DNA of 64,000 bases from an uncultured Acidobacteriota bacterium (GTDB lineage: Bacteria; Acidobacteriota; Terriglobia; UBA7540), in the NCBI GenBank assembly GCA_963804995.1, contig CAWDSK010000002.1, positions 544,001 through 608,000 on the forward strand, read 5' to 3'. A program made the position numbers and the translations under genes. The first letter of the stretch is position 1. The number at the start of each line of letters is the position of its first letter. Below the pieces are notes generated by a model. The model had not been told where the DNA came from and made no database searches. It worked only from the letters and a program-made list of their open reading frames with translations. Positions 11,213 through 22,299 of the stretch are shown here, one piece after another.

Positions 11213-11671
11213 TTACTCCTTCCCTGCGCTCGAATTCGCCGCGGCGCGGGCATCAATCCTCTGGCCCTGAAAAAGGCACAAAACTGAGATCAGGCCCAGC
11301 GCGAAAGCGATGATTTTTATCGGAGTCAGTTTTTCGTCATAAACCCAGATGGACACTACGGCGGGCACGCCCGCAGAGAGATTCATCATCAACCAGCCGA
11401 CGGTGACTTTTCCCACTTTGATGGACGTTTGGTAAGCGAAGTAAGCCACTGCGGCGCAAACCCCGCAGGCGACCGCGACCGGAACCACTTTTAGAGGTAT
11501 GTGAAATCCAGTCGGGAGCATAAAAGTTCGGACCAACATGGCCAGGGCCGCCCATCCACACATACCGACAACCAGCCCGGAGGCGGCGCATTGACGTCGC
11601 TCAGCTACCTTTGAGACGGACCCCAACACCCCAAATGCCAGAGCGCCTAAGAAACAGAAAAGTAGACCCAC
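11213..11671 (-). CDS. EamA/DMT-family small membrane protein
   Basis: GTG start after GGAGGG; hydrophobic helices; tandem with the neighbouring EamA half. Confidence 0.7.
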   Translation of the reverse strand: MGLLFCFLGALAFGVLGSVSKVAERRQCAASGLVVGMCGWAALAMLVRTFMLPTGFHIPLKVVPVAVACGVCAAVAYFAYQTSIKVGKVTVGWLMMNLSAGVPAVVSIWVYDEKLTPIKIIAFALGLISVLCLFQGQRIDARAAANSSAGKE

Positions 11672-11960
11672 AGGATTCCCTCCCCAACATATCTTTGGTC
11701 GATGTCGTAACCACGCCCAGGCAGGGCGCTGCTTCCGGTGCCGAACTTCCCTCTGGTCTTGGATGCAAAGCGTGAGTGGCTTGCTTCCCATCCTGAGCAA
11801 GACCACGGAAGCAGTTCGACTGATCGTGCTTAGCGAATAGGCCGAGCCGGGAAACATGCTCCCGCTTGACCGGCCATCACTCTATCCCCATCGCCCACAA
11901 CTTACCAGTGCCAACTCTCGGAGAGCCGTACCCTCCGCCCGCCGTCACCCTGAATCTCGT

Positions 11961-12749
11961 TTATTTCAATGCCCGCTCAATAGCCGCTTCCGCCACCGGA
12001 GCCATCGCGGAGTAGCTACGATCGTTGGCGTGCGCACCATCTTCTGAGTAACCTTCCTTCAGCATCCCTTTACTATCCACGGTCACCGAGTAGTAATCCG
12101 CAAGCTCGGCATGGATTTCAGCGGCGTAGCTGCGCAGCCAGTTATTAAGTTTGACGATGTCAGCGAGCGGATGTTTTTCAGTTTGCTTGTGAGCGGTGTA
12201 GTCGCTAACCGGGAGGATCGAGCCGAGAATGACCTTGATGCCATTGGCCCGCGCCACCTGGGACATAGCCCGGATATTGTCTTCGATCATTTCGGCAGTC
12301 TCAGGACCCGTGTTGCCCGCGATGTCGTTAACCCCTCCCAGGATTACCACCGCCGCAGGGTGGAGATTAATCACGTCGGGATAGAACCGCACCAACATCT
12401 GAGGAGTGGTCTGCCCAGGAATGCCCCGGTTCAGATAGGGCTTGCCGGGGAAGAATTTGGCCAGATCCCACGGCTCCGTGATCGCATCTCCAATAAAAAC
12501 CACGCGTCCCTTCTCCACGGGCTGCGCTTGGAGTTTTGCATTCTCTGCGTGGTAGTAGCTGAGTTCGGCCCAGTCCTCCGCCTGCCTGGCAACAGCCTCC
12601 ACGCGCTCCGCCAGGGCTTGCACCTGAATGGTCGGGCAGCAGGTGGACGATTTAGGGTGTGTGAAATCCGGCACGAGCTGTGCCCGGGCCGGCGCAGCAA
12701 TCCAAAGTCCAGCTATCAATAGAAAAAAGAGTTGCACATAACGATTCAT
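11961..12749 (-). CDS. SGNH/GDSL hydrolase-like secreted protein (block I reads GDA)
   Basis: VFIGDAIT, NRGIPGQTT, GVND, DGAH. Confidence 0.8.
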   Translation of the reverse strand: MNRYVQLFFLLIAGLWIAAPARAQLVPDFTHPKSSTCCPTIQVQALAERVEAVARQAEDWAELSYYHAENAKLQAQPVEKGRVVFIGDAITEPWDLAKFFPGKPYLNRGIPGQTTPQMLVRFYPDVINLHPAAVVILGGVNDIAGNTGPETAEMIEDNIRAMSQVARANGIKVILGSILPVSDYTAHKQTEKHPLADIVKLNNWLRSYAAEIHAELADYYSVTVDSKGMLKEGYSEDGAHANDRSYSAMAPVAEAAIERALK

Positions 12750-12821
12750 GGTTTCCTCCACAACAGAATAATTCCCAGTTCCCGCTGGCACGGGCCAAGG
12801 TGGAATGCGGGGATGGGCGCG

Positions 12822-13817
12822 TTAGATATTGAACCCGAGCTTTTCGAGAGCCGCTTTGTTGATGCGGGCAGACTCTGTCGGTCCACCAGGTGGCGGCACG
12901 TAGCGATCGAGTTCGACAATCACCCAACCCTTGAACTTGACATCGCGAATCGCCGCCATGATGGATGGGAAGTCGACAACTCCCTGGCCGATTTCGCAAA
13001 AACGGAGTCGCGCCCTTGCGCCTTTCTCATAATTTTCACGGACGAGGTCAGACGTATCCTTGCGACAGTCTTTAAAATGGAAAAAGGCCAAGCGCTCGTG
13101 GTAGGTCCGGATTACCTCCGCGGGATCCGATCCGCCCAGAGCCAGGTGGGCAACGTCTACGATGAGCTTGACGTATTCCGGCCGGGTGGCATCCATCACC
13201 CGCGTCACTCCCTCGCGCGTCTCGCCCAACGTTCCGAAATGCGGGTGGTAGCCGAGGGTCATGCCGGAATCCTGGGCAATCTTTCCTAACTCGTTCATGG
13301 AAGCGCACAAGGTTTTAACGTCGTCAGCGGAATACTTTACCTTCGGGTGACCCCCATCCGTCACCTGGAAGAAAATCCCGCCCAAGGTTTTCATGAAGTC
13401 CACGTCCAGGCGAAAGTTCGCATAAGAAACGTCGGATTTTCCCGGCGCAAGGGGCACATTGTGGCACGACAGAGCGGTCGCCACGAGATTCAACTTCTTC
13501 AATCGATCCCTTAGGGCGAGGGCTTTCTCGCCGGGGTAGTTCGCCACGACCTCTCCCATAAGTTGAACGCCCTTGTAACCCACGGATGAAATTCCCTCCA
13601 AGGCTTGGTCGAACTGATCCTCGGGCCAGGAGATTACCGAATACCCCGCGGGATTCGAGAGCCCGCCTGGGAAAGCGCTGGAAAATCGTGAGGCGGCGCC
13701 CCAACCTAGCGCCAGGGCACCTATCTTTTTTAAGAACTGCCTGCGCGCCACACAGGCCGCCGGCATCGATGCTGCCTCCCTTCCACTTTCTGAAAGCTGT
13801 AAGGATTTCCTATTCAT
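12822..13817 (-). CDS. Sugar phosphate isomerase/epimerase (IolE-like TIM barrel) with Tat-like leader
   Basis: RRQFLK, YHPHFG, DVAH, HFKD, EIGQG, WVIVELD. Confidence 0.8.
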   Translation of the reverse strand: MNRKSLQLSESGREAASMPAACVARRQFLKKIGALALGWGAASRFSSAFPGGLSNPAGYSVISWPEDQFDQALEGISSVGYKGVQLMGEVVANYPGEKALALRDRLKKLNLVATALSCHNVPLAPGKSDVSYANFRLDVDFMKTLGGIFFQVTDGGHPKVKYSADDVKTLCASMNELGKIAQDSGMTLGYHPHFGTLGETREGVTRVMDATRPEYVKLIVDVAHLALGGSDPAEVIRTYHERLAFFHFKDCRKDTSDLVRENYEKGARARLRFCEIGQGVVDFPSIMAAIRDVKFKGWVIVELDRYVPPPGGPTESARINKAALEKLGFNI

Positions 13818-14111
13818 CTCCACCTCCAACCCCCCCAGCGAACTCCTCGCGCGGCGATGCAAGCTTGGATTCTCAGTCTGGACGCACCCTATAAATGGGC
13901 GCGGATAATATAGCCGCTCCCGGGGGCTTTCGGTAGCCGAAATCGCGTGAGCAATCTCCAGCCTAGGATGGTCACCGAGCGAGGGCTTGGTGCTTGCATA
14001 CCGGGCTCGGTTTGCAATCTTGACTCGCGCCATGATGAACCACCCCCCCCGCCAACCGCCCCGAGTTACAATGCGCACTGAACCTGACCGGGCAGAATCC
14101 TTGGAGGCGTG

Positions 14112-15491
14112 ATGCGCATGGCTAAGTTTCTCGGGATCTCGGTACTTGGATTGTGGCTGGCGGCCTCCGGTTGGGCAGCATCGAATCCACCACAGATCAT
14201 CACGTTCAACGATGACGGAGGATGGTGCTGGTTTCAGGATGAGCGCATGCTGGTGAAGAACGGGAAGATCTACATCGTCTCTACAGCCTCGGGGGTGCAC
14301 GACGCGCAGCGCCAGGGAAATGTGGAAGTCGTAACCTACGAGATCGCCACAGGCTCCACGCAACGAGCTGTGTTGCACTCGCAGTTCTATAACCATCCCG
14401 GCAAGGGCGATTACGATGACCACAACACGCCCGCTCTCCTATCCTTGCCGGATGGACGGTTCCTTGCGGTCTATGCAACGCACGGGACTGAAGCACGCTT
14501 CCACTACCGGCTCTCTACTACCCCAGGCGACGCCGTTCACTGGGGCGTAGAAAGCACGGTCGACGGCGCAGCGAATTCGCGGATCACCTATTCGAACCTC
14601 CACCTGCTGAGGGATGAGAACGGGGGCAAGGGGCGGATCAACAATTTCTTCCGCGGATACCAGGACTCAAAACCGTCTTACGCCTTCTCCGACAACGGCG
14701 GTGAATCGTGGAAGATGGGGGGCGTCTACATCCGGTCGATGGATCCCCGGAAAGAGCGTCCCTATGTGCGCTACGCCTCGGACGGGCGCTCAACCGTGCA
14801 TATGTTCTACTCCGACGGTCACCCAAACCTATTCGACAACAGCGTTTGGCACATCTTCTACCGCGATGGGCAACTGCACCGCTCCGACGGCACCGTGATC
14901 GCGCCCTTAAGCCAAGGCCTTTCCGAGCCGACGGACGGGACCGAGGTCTTCCATGGTGACGCGAACAACGTCGCCTGGACTAGTGATATTCATTTGGACG
15001 CGCGCGGGCGGCCGTACGTGGTCTATTCGGTGCAGAAGAATGCCGCCGCTGTTCCACACGGTCATCGCGGGCAGGATCTTCGTTACCGGTACGCGTTCTG
15101 GAACGGCTCGCGCTGGGTGGACCACGAAGTTGGGCACGCCGGCACTTGCCTCTATCCACAAGAAGACAACTACACGGGTAACATCGCGCTCAACCCGAGT
15201 CACCTTGATACGGTTTATATCTCGACCAACGCTGACCCCGTGACCGGCACGCCGCTCATCAGCCAGACCGATCATCGGCGACACTACGAGATCCTCAGAG
15301 GCGTGACACCAGATGGGGGCGCCACCTGGATCTGGAAGGCCATCACCAGCAATTCCACGGCGGACAACATCCGGCCAGTCGTTCGCGCCACGGATGGGAA
15401 ACACATCGCCGTGCTCTGGTTGCAGGGACGTTACACGGCTTACACGGACTACGACCTCTCGGTGGTCGGGCTGATTATCTCCGGAAAGTGA
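14112..15491 (+). CDS. BNR-4 repeat-containing secreted protein
   Basis: GGWCWFQD, DDHNTP, SDNGGESW Asp-box, DGHP. Confidence 0.75.
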   Translation: MRMAKFLGISVLGLWLAASGWAASNPPQIITFNDDGGWCWFQDERMLVKNGKIYIVSTASGVHDAQRQGNVEVVTYEIATGSTQRAVLHSQFYNHPGKGDYDDHNTPALLSLPDGRFLAVYATHGTEARFHYRLSTTPGDAVHWGVESTVDGAANSRITYSNLHLLRDENGGKGRINNFFRGYQDSKPSYAFSDNGGESWKMGGVYIRSMDPRKERPYVRYASDGRSTVHMFYSDGHPNLFDNSVWHIFYRDGQLHRSDGTVIAPLSQGLSEPTDGTEVFHGDANNVAWTSDIHLDARGRPYVVYSVQKNAAAVPHGHRGQDLRYRYAFWNGSRWVDHEVGHAGTCLYPQEDNYTGNIALNPSHLDTVYISTNADPVTGTPLISQTDHRRHYEILRGVTPDGGATWIWKAITSNSTADNIRPVVRATDGKHIAVLWLQGRYTAYTDYDLSVVGLIISGK

Positions 15492-15557
15492 GATCGGGGG
15501 AGGGGGGTTCCAATCCCGGCTTGTTCCGGCGTGGCGTAAGTTGGTCAACGGAAGTGA

Positions 15558-15645
15558 AGTGCCACGGGCGTCCCGCCCGTGTCCAGTCACGGCCAGGATG
15601 GCCGTGGCACCTCAGGCCAGTCATGGGCGGGACGCCTGTGGCACC
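15558..15645. repeat. REP-like cluster (GTGCCACGGGCGTCCCGCCCGTG / CACGGCCAGGATGGCCGTGGCAC)
   Basis: Three short hairpins in inverted arrangement between convergent genes. Confidence 0.6.
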
Positions 15646-15657
15646 TCGAACTGCACC

Positions 15658-16884
15658 CTAGGTTGAGGCCTCGGATGAGGTTTGCAGTTGAGGCCGAAAG
15701 CTACGCCAGGTAGCTACGAGAAACAAAATGGCTGAAAGCACGGTGACCACGGCGGAGATTGCCATCAGTCCGCTCAGGCCCAAGCTTTGTTTCCAAACCC
15801 CTGCGAGCCACATGGCGAGGGCAGCGGAAACACCTCCCGCCATGTTATACACGCCGCCAGAGAAGCTGTAATTCTTGTCCGTCACCGTGTCATAAGCTGC
15901 CGCTATCCCATTCCCCACGTTGAGGCCGGAAATCAACCCAAAGAGCAATGCGAAGAACCGAAATTCTCCTATCGAGGTGACCGCAAACATAAGGTAAGCA
16001 CACGGCGCGCTCAGCAAAAAGCCAAAGCCCGTCAGGTACAACCGGCCGGCCGGTATGCGGCGAACAATTCGGTCAGCCAACCAGGCGCCCCCTACCACAC
16101 CCGCGAGGCAAGTGAACTGGATAAAAACGGTCGCGTTGAACCCGCTGGCTGTGAGCGAATATCGAAACCGCTCGTAGAGATGGTCGGGGAGCCAAGCGTA
16201 GACAATCCACTGGATTGCGCAAAAGCATCCGTAAACAAGGAGCAGTAGCCAGAACAAGAGAGAGCGAGGGAGCCGGCTTGGTAAGCGCTCGGCTTTAGGC
16301 GCCTTGCTGCCCTCTGCCGGTCGTATCCGGAACGCCACCAGCAGAGCCGCTGCGTATGCGATTCCGATCAGGAAGAGAAACCCGAATCCCTGTCGCCACC
16401 CGATGTGATCACCCGCCCAGCCGCCAAACCACCCTCCTGCCACGACCCCCATCATTTGGGCGGACTGATGAATCCCCAACGCCCGCGAGCGCGTGGGGCC
16501 GGCATGTGCCGCTGCGAGCAGACCCACCGCCGCGGGGTAGTACAGTGCCTCAGTCACCCCCATCGCCGCCCGCCAGGTCAAGAAGGAGGCAGGTGTGTGA
16601 CTGAGGGCCGTCCCCAGCGTGCAGACGCTCCACAGGACCATGCTTGCCACAATCAAGAGATCGCGCCGGGTTGCATCCGCTATGTACCCCGCCAGCGGCA
16701 TGCACAGTGCGTAAACCCAGATGAACATGCTCCCCACCAAACCGAGCTGGGCGTATGAAAACCCAAGTTCCTTCTGCAATACGGGGAAGACCGAGAAGGC
16801 TGCCTGGCGGTCGATATAGTTCAGCGCGAATGCGACCCAGAGGCAGGCGACGACCCACCACCGGGAGCTGAATCGTTTCATCAT
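15658..16884 (-). CDS. MFS transporter
   Basis: NYIDRQ motif and about 12 hydrophobic segments. Confidence 0.85.
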   Translation of the reverse strand: MMKRFSSRWWVVACLWVAFALNYIDRQAAFSVFPVLQKELGFSYAQLGLVGSMFIWVYALCMPLAGYIADATRRDLLIVASMVLWSVCTLGTALSHTPASFLTWRAAMGVTEALYYPAAVGLLAAAHAGPTRSRALGIHQSAQMMGVVAGGWFGGWAGDHIGWRQGFGFLFLIGIAYAAALLVAFRIRPAEGSKAPKAERLPSRLPRSLLFWLLLLVYGCFCAIQWIVYAWLPDHLYERFRYSLTASGFNATVFIQFTCLAGVVGGAWLADRIVRRIPAGRLYLTGFGFLLSAPCAYLMFAVTSIGEFRFFALLFGLISGLNVGNGIAAAYDTVTDKNYSFSGGVYNMAGGVSAALAMWLAGVWKQSLGLSGLMAISAVVTVLSAILFLVATWRSFRPQLQTSSEAST

Positions 16885-16956
16885 GTGCCCCAGTTCAAGC
16901 GAGGAAATTCTCTACGCCTGTGTAGCGCGCCACTGCGTCCAATCAGATCCTGAGTC

Positions 16957-17716
16957 TCAGCCACGCCCCACAAACGGCATTTGGGTTGCCATCACAGTCA
17001 TGAACTGCACGTTGGCGTCGAGCGGCAGATTCGCCATAAACAAAACCGCCTCGGCCACGTGGCTGACGTTCCATCCGGGCCTCGACCATGATGGTTCCGT
17101 TCGCCTGAAGTATTCCGGCCGCCATGCGCTCAGTCCTCTCGGTGGCGGCGTTGCCGATGTCGATCTGGCCGCAGGCGATGTTGTGCATTCGGCCGTCCAG
17201 TGAAATCGATTTGGTCAGGCCGGTGATGGCGTGCTTGGTCGAGGTATAAGGCGCCGAGTTGGGACGCGGTGCGTAGGCGGAAATCGAGCCGTTATTGATG
17301 ATGCGCCCGCCCTGCGGCTGCTGCGATTTCATGAGCCTGATCGCCTCCTGCGCGCAGAGGAATGATCCCGTCAGGTTGACGTTTACGACGGAGCTCCACT
17401 GCTCGAAGGTCAGGTCTTCTGTGGGAATGCCGGGGACGGTGATCCCCGCGTTGTTGAACAGAACGTCCAACCGGCCGAAAGCTTCCCTGGTTTTCGCGAA
17501 AAGATTGTGCACCGAATCGGGCTTGCTGACGTCCGTGGGTACGGCCAGCATCCTGCCGCCCGAGGGCGTGGCGAGTGCCGCGGTCTTCTCCAGTTCCGCG
17601 GCGCGCCGCCCGGCCAGAACTACGGAATAGCCTGCCCCTTGCAAAGCAAGGCTGGCCGCCCGGCCGATTCCACTGCCTGCACCGGTTACCAGCGCGATCT
17701 TATCTTTGGTCATCAT
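16957..17716 (-). CDS. SDR oxidoreductase with a +1 frameshift at about 17069
   Basis: [17 protein letters not shown]; correcting GACGTTC (17065-17071) restores [38 protein letters not shown]. Confidence 0.85.
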
Positions 17717-17739
17717 ATTACCTTTGATGAGTGGGTAAG

Positions 17740-17916
17740 GGTAGCCACGGTCAGTGCATTTCTGACCGTGGGCCCTTCTGGCCGTGGTCGATTTACAGCA
17801 AACTTACTTTGGACAGGGCAACGGTAGCGGCGTGTTCCATCCAGATTGACAACCTGCCGCTGGAGCATCGGGCATGAGAAAAGCCCACGGTCAGAAAAAC
17901 ACTGACCGTGGCTATC
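17740..17916. repeat. REPIN family B
   Basis: Same inverted arms as the 6352 copy. Confidence 0.85.
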
Positions 17917-17924
17917 CCGCTGAG

Positions 17925-18872
17925 TTAAGACCCCGATTTCCTTTGTCTGCGCAGGAAATCGATGAGGAACGCGTCCCGACGAGACTTAACGGCATCCATA
18001 CTGCGGACCGTCCAATCATAGAACCCCCGCCCCGAGGCGGCTCCAACGTCTCCTCGCTCAACTTTTTCATTCAGCAATGCTCCCGCATGTGTCTCCCCGC
18101 ACAAGTCCGGCGTTACAGAATCCTGAATCGCTTTTACCAGCCTCAATCCCACATTATCAGCATGCTCAAAGATTCCGTAAGCCGGCATCCTGAGTCCGAA
18201 ACCGGTCATGGCGGCGAGGTCGACATCTTCGGCACTGGCAATCCCCTCTTGCACGATGTATACGGCCTCCCGGATCAAGGCGTGTTGCAGACGATTTCCC
18301 AGCATGCCGGGCCGGTCCTTGCGCACCAGGACGGGCGCCTTGCCACACTGCCTGAGTATTTTTAAAGCTCTCTCGGCCTGCTCTTCGCCCGTCCGGTCGG
18401 TCATCACGACCTCAACTAAGGGCATCAAATGAGGAGGAAACCAGAAGTGCGCCGAAAGAATGCGCTCCGGGAAGCGGTGGGATTTGGCGGCAATGGCGGT
18501 GACACTCAGGCCGGAAGTATTGGTGGCAAGCAGTGTCTCACGGTCGGCTATCTTGTCCATCCGGGCGAACAACTCCTGTTTTATGCCAAGGTCTTCTTTA
18601 ATTGCCTCAATAACGATCTGCGCAGATCGAACGCTGCCATCCAGGTCGGTAGTGGATATGAGCAGCGGCTTGGCGGACGCTGCCGCACCCGGGTCAATCA
18701 GTTCGTTGGCTTCGAGTTGGTCCAGAAGTTGATGGGCTTGCGAAATCCCACTTTCGGCCAATTCTGAGGTGAGATCGGACAAACGTGTTTCGATTCCCCC
18801 CAGGGCCAGCGTTATGGCAATTCCCGGCCCCATCATTCCCGCCCCCACCACTACCGCTTTCATCTCAGCCAT
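17925..18872 (-). CDS. 3-hydroxyacyl-CoA dehydrogenase family protein
   Basis: GAGMMG, EAIKE, TNTSG, HFWFPP..LVEVV, GRGFY. Confidence 0.85.
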   Translation of the reverse strand: MAEMKAVVVGAGMMGPGIAITLALGGIETRLSDLTSELAESGISQAHQLLDQLEANELIDPGAAASAKPLLISTTDLDGSVRSAQIVIEAIKEDLGIKQELFARMDKIADRETLLATNTSGLSVTAIAAKSHRFPERILSAHFWFPPHLMPLVEVVMTDRTGEEQAERALKILRQCGKAPVLVRKDRPGMLGNRLQHALIREAVYIVQEGIASAEDVDLAAMTGFGLRMPAYGIFEHADNVGLRLVKAIQDSVTPDLCGETHAGALLNEKVERGDVGAASGRGFYDWTVRSMDAVKSRRDAFLIDFLRRQRKSGS

Positions 18873-19114
18873 TTATTTCCTCCTTTGCGTATATATCGCA
18901 TCTCTATCCATCGGAATTTCCGCTTCTGGAATGCTCGCTCACGCACTGCAAATGTATATTTCGCCTTCGAGACAACCCGGAATTCGCCTAGGGGTGTTCC
19001 AGCCCCGAACAGTATACAACCGGTTGTCTCCAACCGTTCCCTTTCGGTGTATTTTCACTACCGGCTACCTGCTGACTGCAAGCCCGTGTTCCGCGGGTTC
19101 CGTCGAGCGCGAAT

Positions 19115-19546
19115 TCACGTGGTTCGTCGGCCGCGGTTGGGGTTGGCGGGATCAACGAGGGGGAGTGTTCGAAAGATTTCTTTGTAAAATCCGCGGTCGC
19201 GCGAAAGGAGTTGCGACGCTTGGATCTGGGCGTGGGCGCCCACCAGGAAGTCCGTCAGAATCCGGCTCCGCTTGCCGCCTTCCTGACGATAGGTTCTCCA
19301 CAGCCTGCTGGCCAGGAAACTCGCCTCGCGGGTCAAGGGCTCAACCCGAATGTCGTTTTCCTCGAGAAACTGATCGCAGTCGGCCCGGCGTTGAAAGTGA
19401 ACGCACAACTCAGCGTAGACCAGATTACATACGACCAGTGAGCCGGCGCGAGCGGCTTCCTCCAGGGCCTGAACGGAGCGCTCGAAGTATTCAGGATTGG
19501 GAGCAAGGACATCGAGGAGAACGTTGGTATCGATGGCGGTGATCAT
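19115..19546 (-). CDS. vapC: PIN-domain toxin
   Basis: DTNVLLD, DFLVGAHA, LSRD. Confidence 0.85.
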   Translation of the reverse strand: MITAIDTNVLLDVLAPNPEYFERSVQALEEAARAGSLVVCNLVYAELCVHFQRRADCDQFLEENDIRVEPLTREASFLASRLWRTYRQEGGKRSRILTDFLVGAHAQIQASQLLSRDRGFYKEIFRTLPLVDPANPNRGRRTT

Positions 19547-19773
19547 CGTCCCCGAACATCCTCGATAAAATCGTCCACCTGCCGATAGCCCAGCGCTTCA
19601 AAACTCTTCTTGCACCGTCCCTTCCAACGGGTCAGGGCAAGCTTGCGCGGCTTCTTACGCAGAAGGATAGTGTTTTTGACAACCTGGAATTCCACTTCCG
19701 TTGCAGGCTTCAGTCCGAGCTTCTCCCGAAGCTCCTTGGGAATGGTAACCTGACCGCGTTCACCTATTTTCAT
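19543..19773 (-). CDS. AbrB/MazE-type antitoxin
   Basis: GERGQVTIPKELR; stop overlaps toxin start. Confidence 0.85.
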   Translation of the reverse strand: MKIGERGQVTIPKELREKLGLKPATEVEFQVVKNTILLRKKPRKLALTRWKGRCKKSFEALGYRQVDDFIEDVRGR

Positions 19774-19926
19774 ACTTCCGAGTATGAATGAGATTACATA
19801 CCAATACAAGACTGAAAACCGTAAAACAGGGGACAGAGACCAGGCTCACTGGTTCTTCCTTCGCCCAACCTCAGTGCTAGCGGGTAGCGTACGCGATCTT
19901 TGCGTTCTCCTGCGTCTCGCCTGCCA

Positions 19927-20075
19927 TCAAAAGCGCGCATTTTCATCGGCGGGCAACCGCACTCGATCGATCGCGAGGCCGCTCGGGGTTGCCCGCCGGT
20001 CGTTGAGATTGCCGGTGTAATCCTGCACGCTTGACCAAGGCCAATCCTCCGCACTGCCTTTCCGCTTGACTCTCT
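19927..20075 (-). pseudogene. C-terminal remnant of a REP-associated tyrosine transposase (RAYT)
   Basis: EDWPWSS...LAIDRVRLPADENAR resembles RAYT C-termini. Confidence 0.55.
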
Positions 20076-20160
20076 TTTTGTTTTTCGTTACCGTTTTCGT
20101 TTCCGCGTGAAGGAGGGCAGGGCACACGCCGGGGATTAGTGTCGAATTTTTAATATAAGG

Positions 20161-21537
20161 ATGAGTGCAACCATGAGTACAACGACGACCGCAACAAGCG
20201 CCGCAAATCGATACGCCGTCCATCGCGATTGGCAGTTGGAATTTCCGGTTATGGAGCGTGCGGAAGGAATTTACCTGTGGGACACGGATGGCAACCGCTA
20301 CATTGACGGCTCCGGCGGCTCCTCCGTGGTGATCACCATTGGCCACGGTGTCAAAGAAGTGCCGGAAGCGATGTATCGCCAGGCAGAAAAATTCTCTTTT
20401 GCTCCGGCTCATTTATTCAGCAGTGCTCCAACGCTGGAACTGGCAAAAAAAGTAGTCGAACTGCTTCCCGAGGGGATGCGCGGAGAATCCAAGGTCTGGT
20501 TCTCCTTAACCGGCACGGATGCCACCGACGAGGCGGTGCGCTTGGCCCGCCAGCATTGGGTGGATAAGGGCGTAACTTCAAAATACTTGATCATCACCCG
20601 ATGGCAGGCGTTCCACGGGAATGCCATTTCCACGGCGGGATTCCACGGCCATAGCTGGAGGCGGAAGGTATTAACGCCCATGTTTGTGGACCACCCCCAT
20701 ATTCCACCCGCCTTTTGCTACCGCTGCCCATTTGACCGCACGCTCCCCGAGTGCGGTTTGCGATGCGCCCAGGAACTGGAATACACCATTATGCAGTACG
20801 GAGCAGAGAACGTCGCCGCCTTTATCGCGGAACCCGTGGTCGGAGCGGCGCTGGGCGCGGTTCCCGGCCCCGAAGGGTATTTCCAGGAAGTCCGGCGGAT
20901 TTGTGACAAATACAATGTGCTTTTTATCGTCGATGAGGTGATGACCGCCTGGGGGCGAACCGGGAAAATGTTCGGCATCGAGCACTGGGGAGTTAACCCT
21001 GACATCATCGCCACCGCCAAAGGCCTGACTTCGGGCTACATTCCGCTGGCCGCCATTATTGCGCATAACCGCGTCTGGGAGCCGCTGATCGCCCACAATT
21101 CTCCGTTCCGCGCGGGCCACACGTACAGTGCCAATGCCATCTCCAGTGCGGGCGCCCTGGCCGTGGTCGATTATCTCCTCAAGCACAACCTGGTGGAGAA
21201 TAGCGCGCGCATGGGCGAATATTTTCTTGAACAAATGAAACAGAAGCTGCTGCCTCTCCCGATTATTGGTGATGTACGCGGATTAGGATTAATGCTGGGA
21301 TATGAAATCGTCAAGGATAAAGCCACCAAGACTCCTTTCCCGGCCGCGATGAAAATGGCCAGCAAGATGCAAACGGAAGCCTTCAAGCGGGGCTTGGTGA
21401 TTTTCTCGTGCACAGGCTCCTTCCACGGCGACAGCGGGGATATGATCCTGCTGGCACCTCCTTTGATTATTACGAAGGAACAAATTGACGAGTTCGTGGA
21501 TATTCTGGTCGCTTCGGCGCAAGCCTTGAGCCATTAA
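20161..21537 (+). CDS. Class III PLP aminotransferase
   Basis: EGIYLWD, FIAEPVVG, DEVMTAWGRTG, TAKGLTSGY, GHTY. Confidence 0.9.
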   Translation: MSATMSTTTTATSAANRYAVHRDWQLEFPVMERAEGIYLWDTDGNRYIDGSGGSSVVITIGHGVKEVPEAMYRQAEKFSFAPAHLFSSAPTLELAKKVVELLPEGMRGESKVWFSLTGTDATDEAVRLARQHWVDKGVTSKYLIITRWQAFHGNAISTAGFHGHSWRRKVLTPMFVDHPHIPPAFCYRCPFDRTLPECGLRCAQELEYTIMQYGAENVAAFIAEPVVGAALGAVPGPEGYFQEVRRICDKYNVLFIVDEVMTAWGRTGKMFGIEHWGVNPDIIATAKGLTSGYIPLAAIIAHNRVWEPLIAHNSPFRAGHTYSANAISSAGALAVVDYLLKHNLVENSARMGEYFLEQMKQKLLPLPIIGDVRGLGLMLGYEIVKDKATKTPFPAAMKMASKMQTEAFKRGLVIFSCTGSFHGDSGDMILLAPPLIITKEQIDEFVDILVASAQALSH

Positions 21538-21547
21538 AGACCAAACG

Positions 21548-21682
21548 GGTAGCCACGGTCAGCGCCCTTCTGACCGTGGTCTTTTCTCACGCACGATACT
21601 TCAGTGGCGGTTTCAGGTAGTCGATCTGAATGAAGCACGGAGGGAAGTACCCATGGTCAGAAGGGCGCTGACCGTGGCTACC
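21548..21682. repeat. REPIN family B
   Basis: Near-perfect inverted arms. Confidence 0.85.
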
Positions 21683-21733
21683 CGTTCGGCGAAAAATGAC
21701 TCGCGCTACCCCGCTGTCCCCATCCCCCCCACG

Positions 21734-22030
21734 CTATTCGCTTTCACCAAAACTCATGGGCCATCTTCGCGCTCCGTGGATCACTGAGAGGATTTGAATT
21801 TCATCCCGACTCTGGCGATAGACGACGATATACGGAGTCCGGGGGATGCTCAGTTCACGGGTTCCCGTGACGCGGCCCGGATGGCCTGCGGATGGGTAGC
21901 GGACCAGCATTTCTACCGCTTCGAAAACGCGCGCAACCAACCGTGCGGCGGCCTTCGCGTTGTCTTCGCAAACGTAGGCATACGCCGCCTCAAGGTCCTG
22001 CTCGGCCAGCGGCATCCATCGAATCTTCAT
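21734..22030 (-). CDS. parE: RelE/ParE-family toxin
   Basis: AEQDL....Y...DN..AA, GR..GTREL, VIHGARRW. Confidence 0.85.
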   Translation of the reverse strand: MKIRWMPLAEQDLEAAYAYVCEDNAKAAARLVARVFEAVEMLVRYPSAGHPGRVTGTRELSIPRTPYIVVYRQSRDEIQILSVIHGARRWPMSFGESE

Positions 22031-22047
22031 GGGAGGGTCTTACCGGC

Positions 22048-22299
22048 TCACTTCAGGCGGCGCGCCCATTTGGCGCGTATTGCCGCGTGGTCCGAGCCCA
22101 GGCCCGCGTCCGCCTGGCGTATACCTTCCTGGATATGCTCGAGCTGCCAGTGCTGCACATCCAGATACGCGTCCACGGCTTCATTGAGCAGGAAAGTGCG
22201 CTCGCGTTTTTGAGTCCGGGCAAGTTTGTCCAGAGTGGTCACTTTATCCAGATCGATCCGGAAAGAGATAGTCCTCTTGTTGGAAGTGCGTCTCTGCAT
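22048..22299 (-). CDS. CopG/RHH antitoxin
   Basis: ISFRID..LD.LA....R..L.EAV..YL; upstream of parE. Confidence 0.8.
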   Translation of the reverse strand: MQRRTSNKRTISFRIDLDKVTTLDKLARTQKRERTFLLNEAVDAYLDVQHWQLEHIQEGIRQADAGLGSDHAAIRAKWARRLK

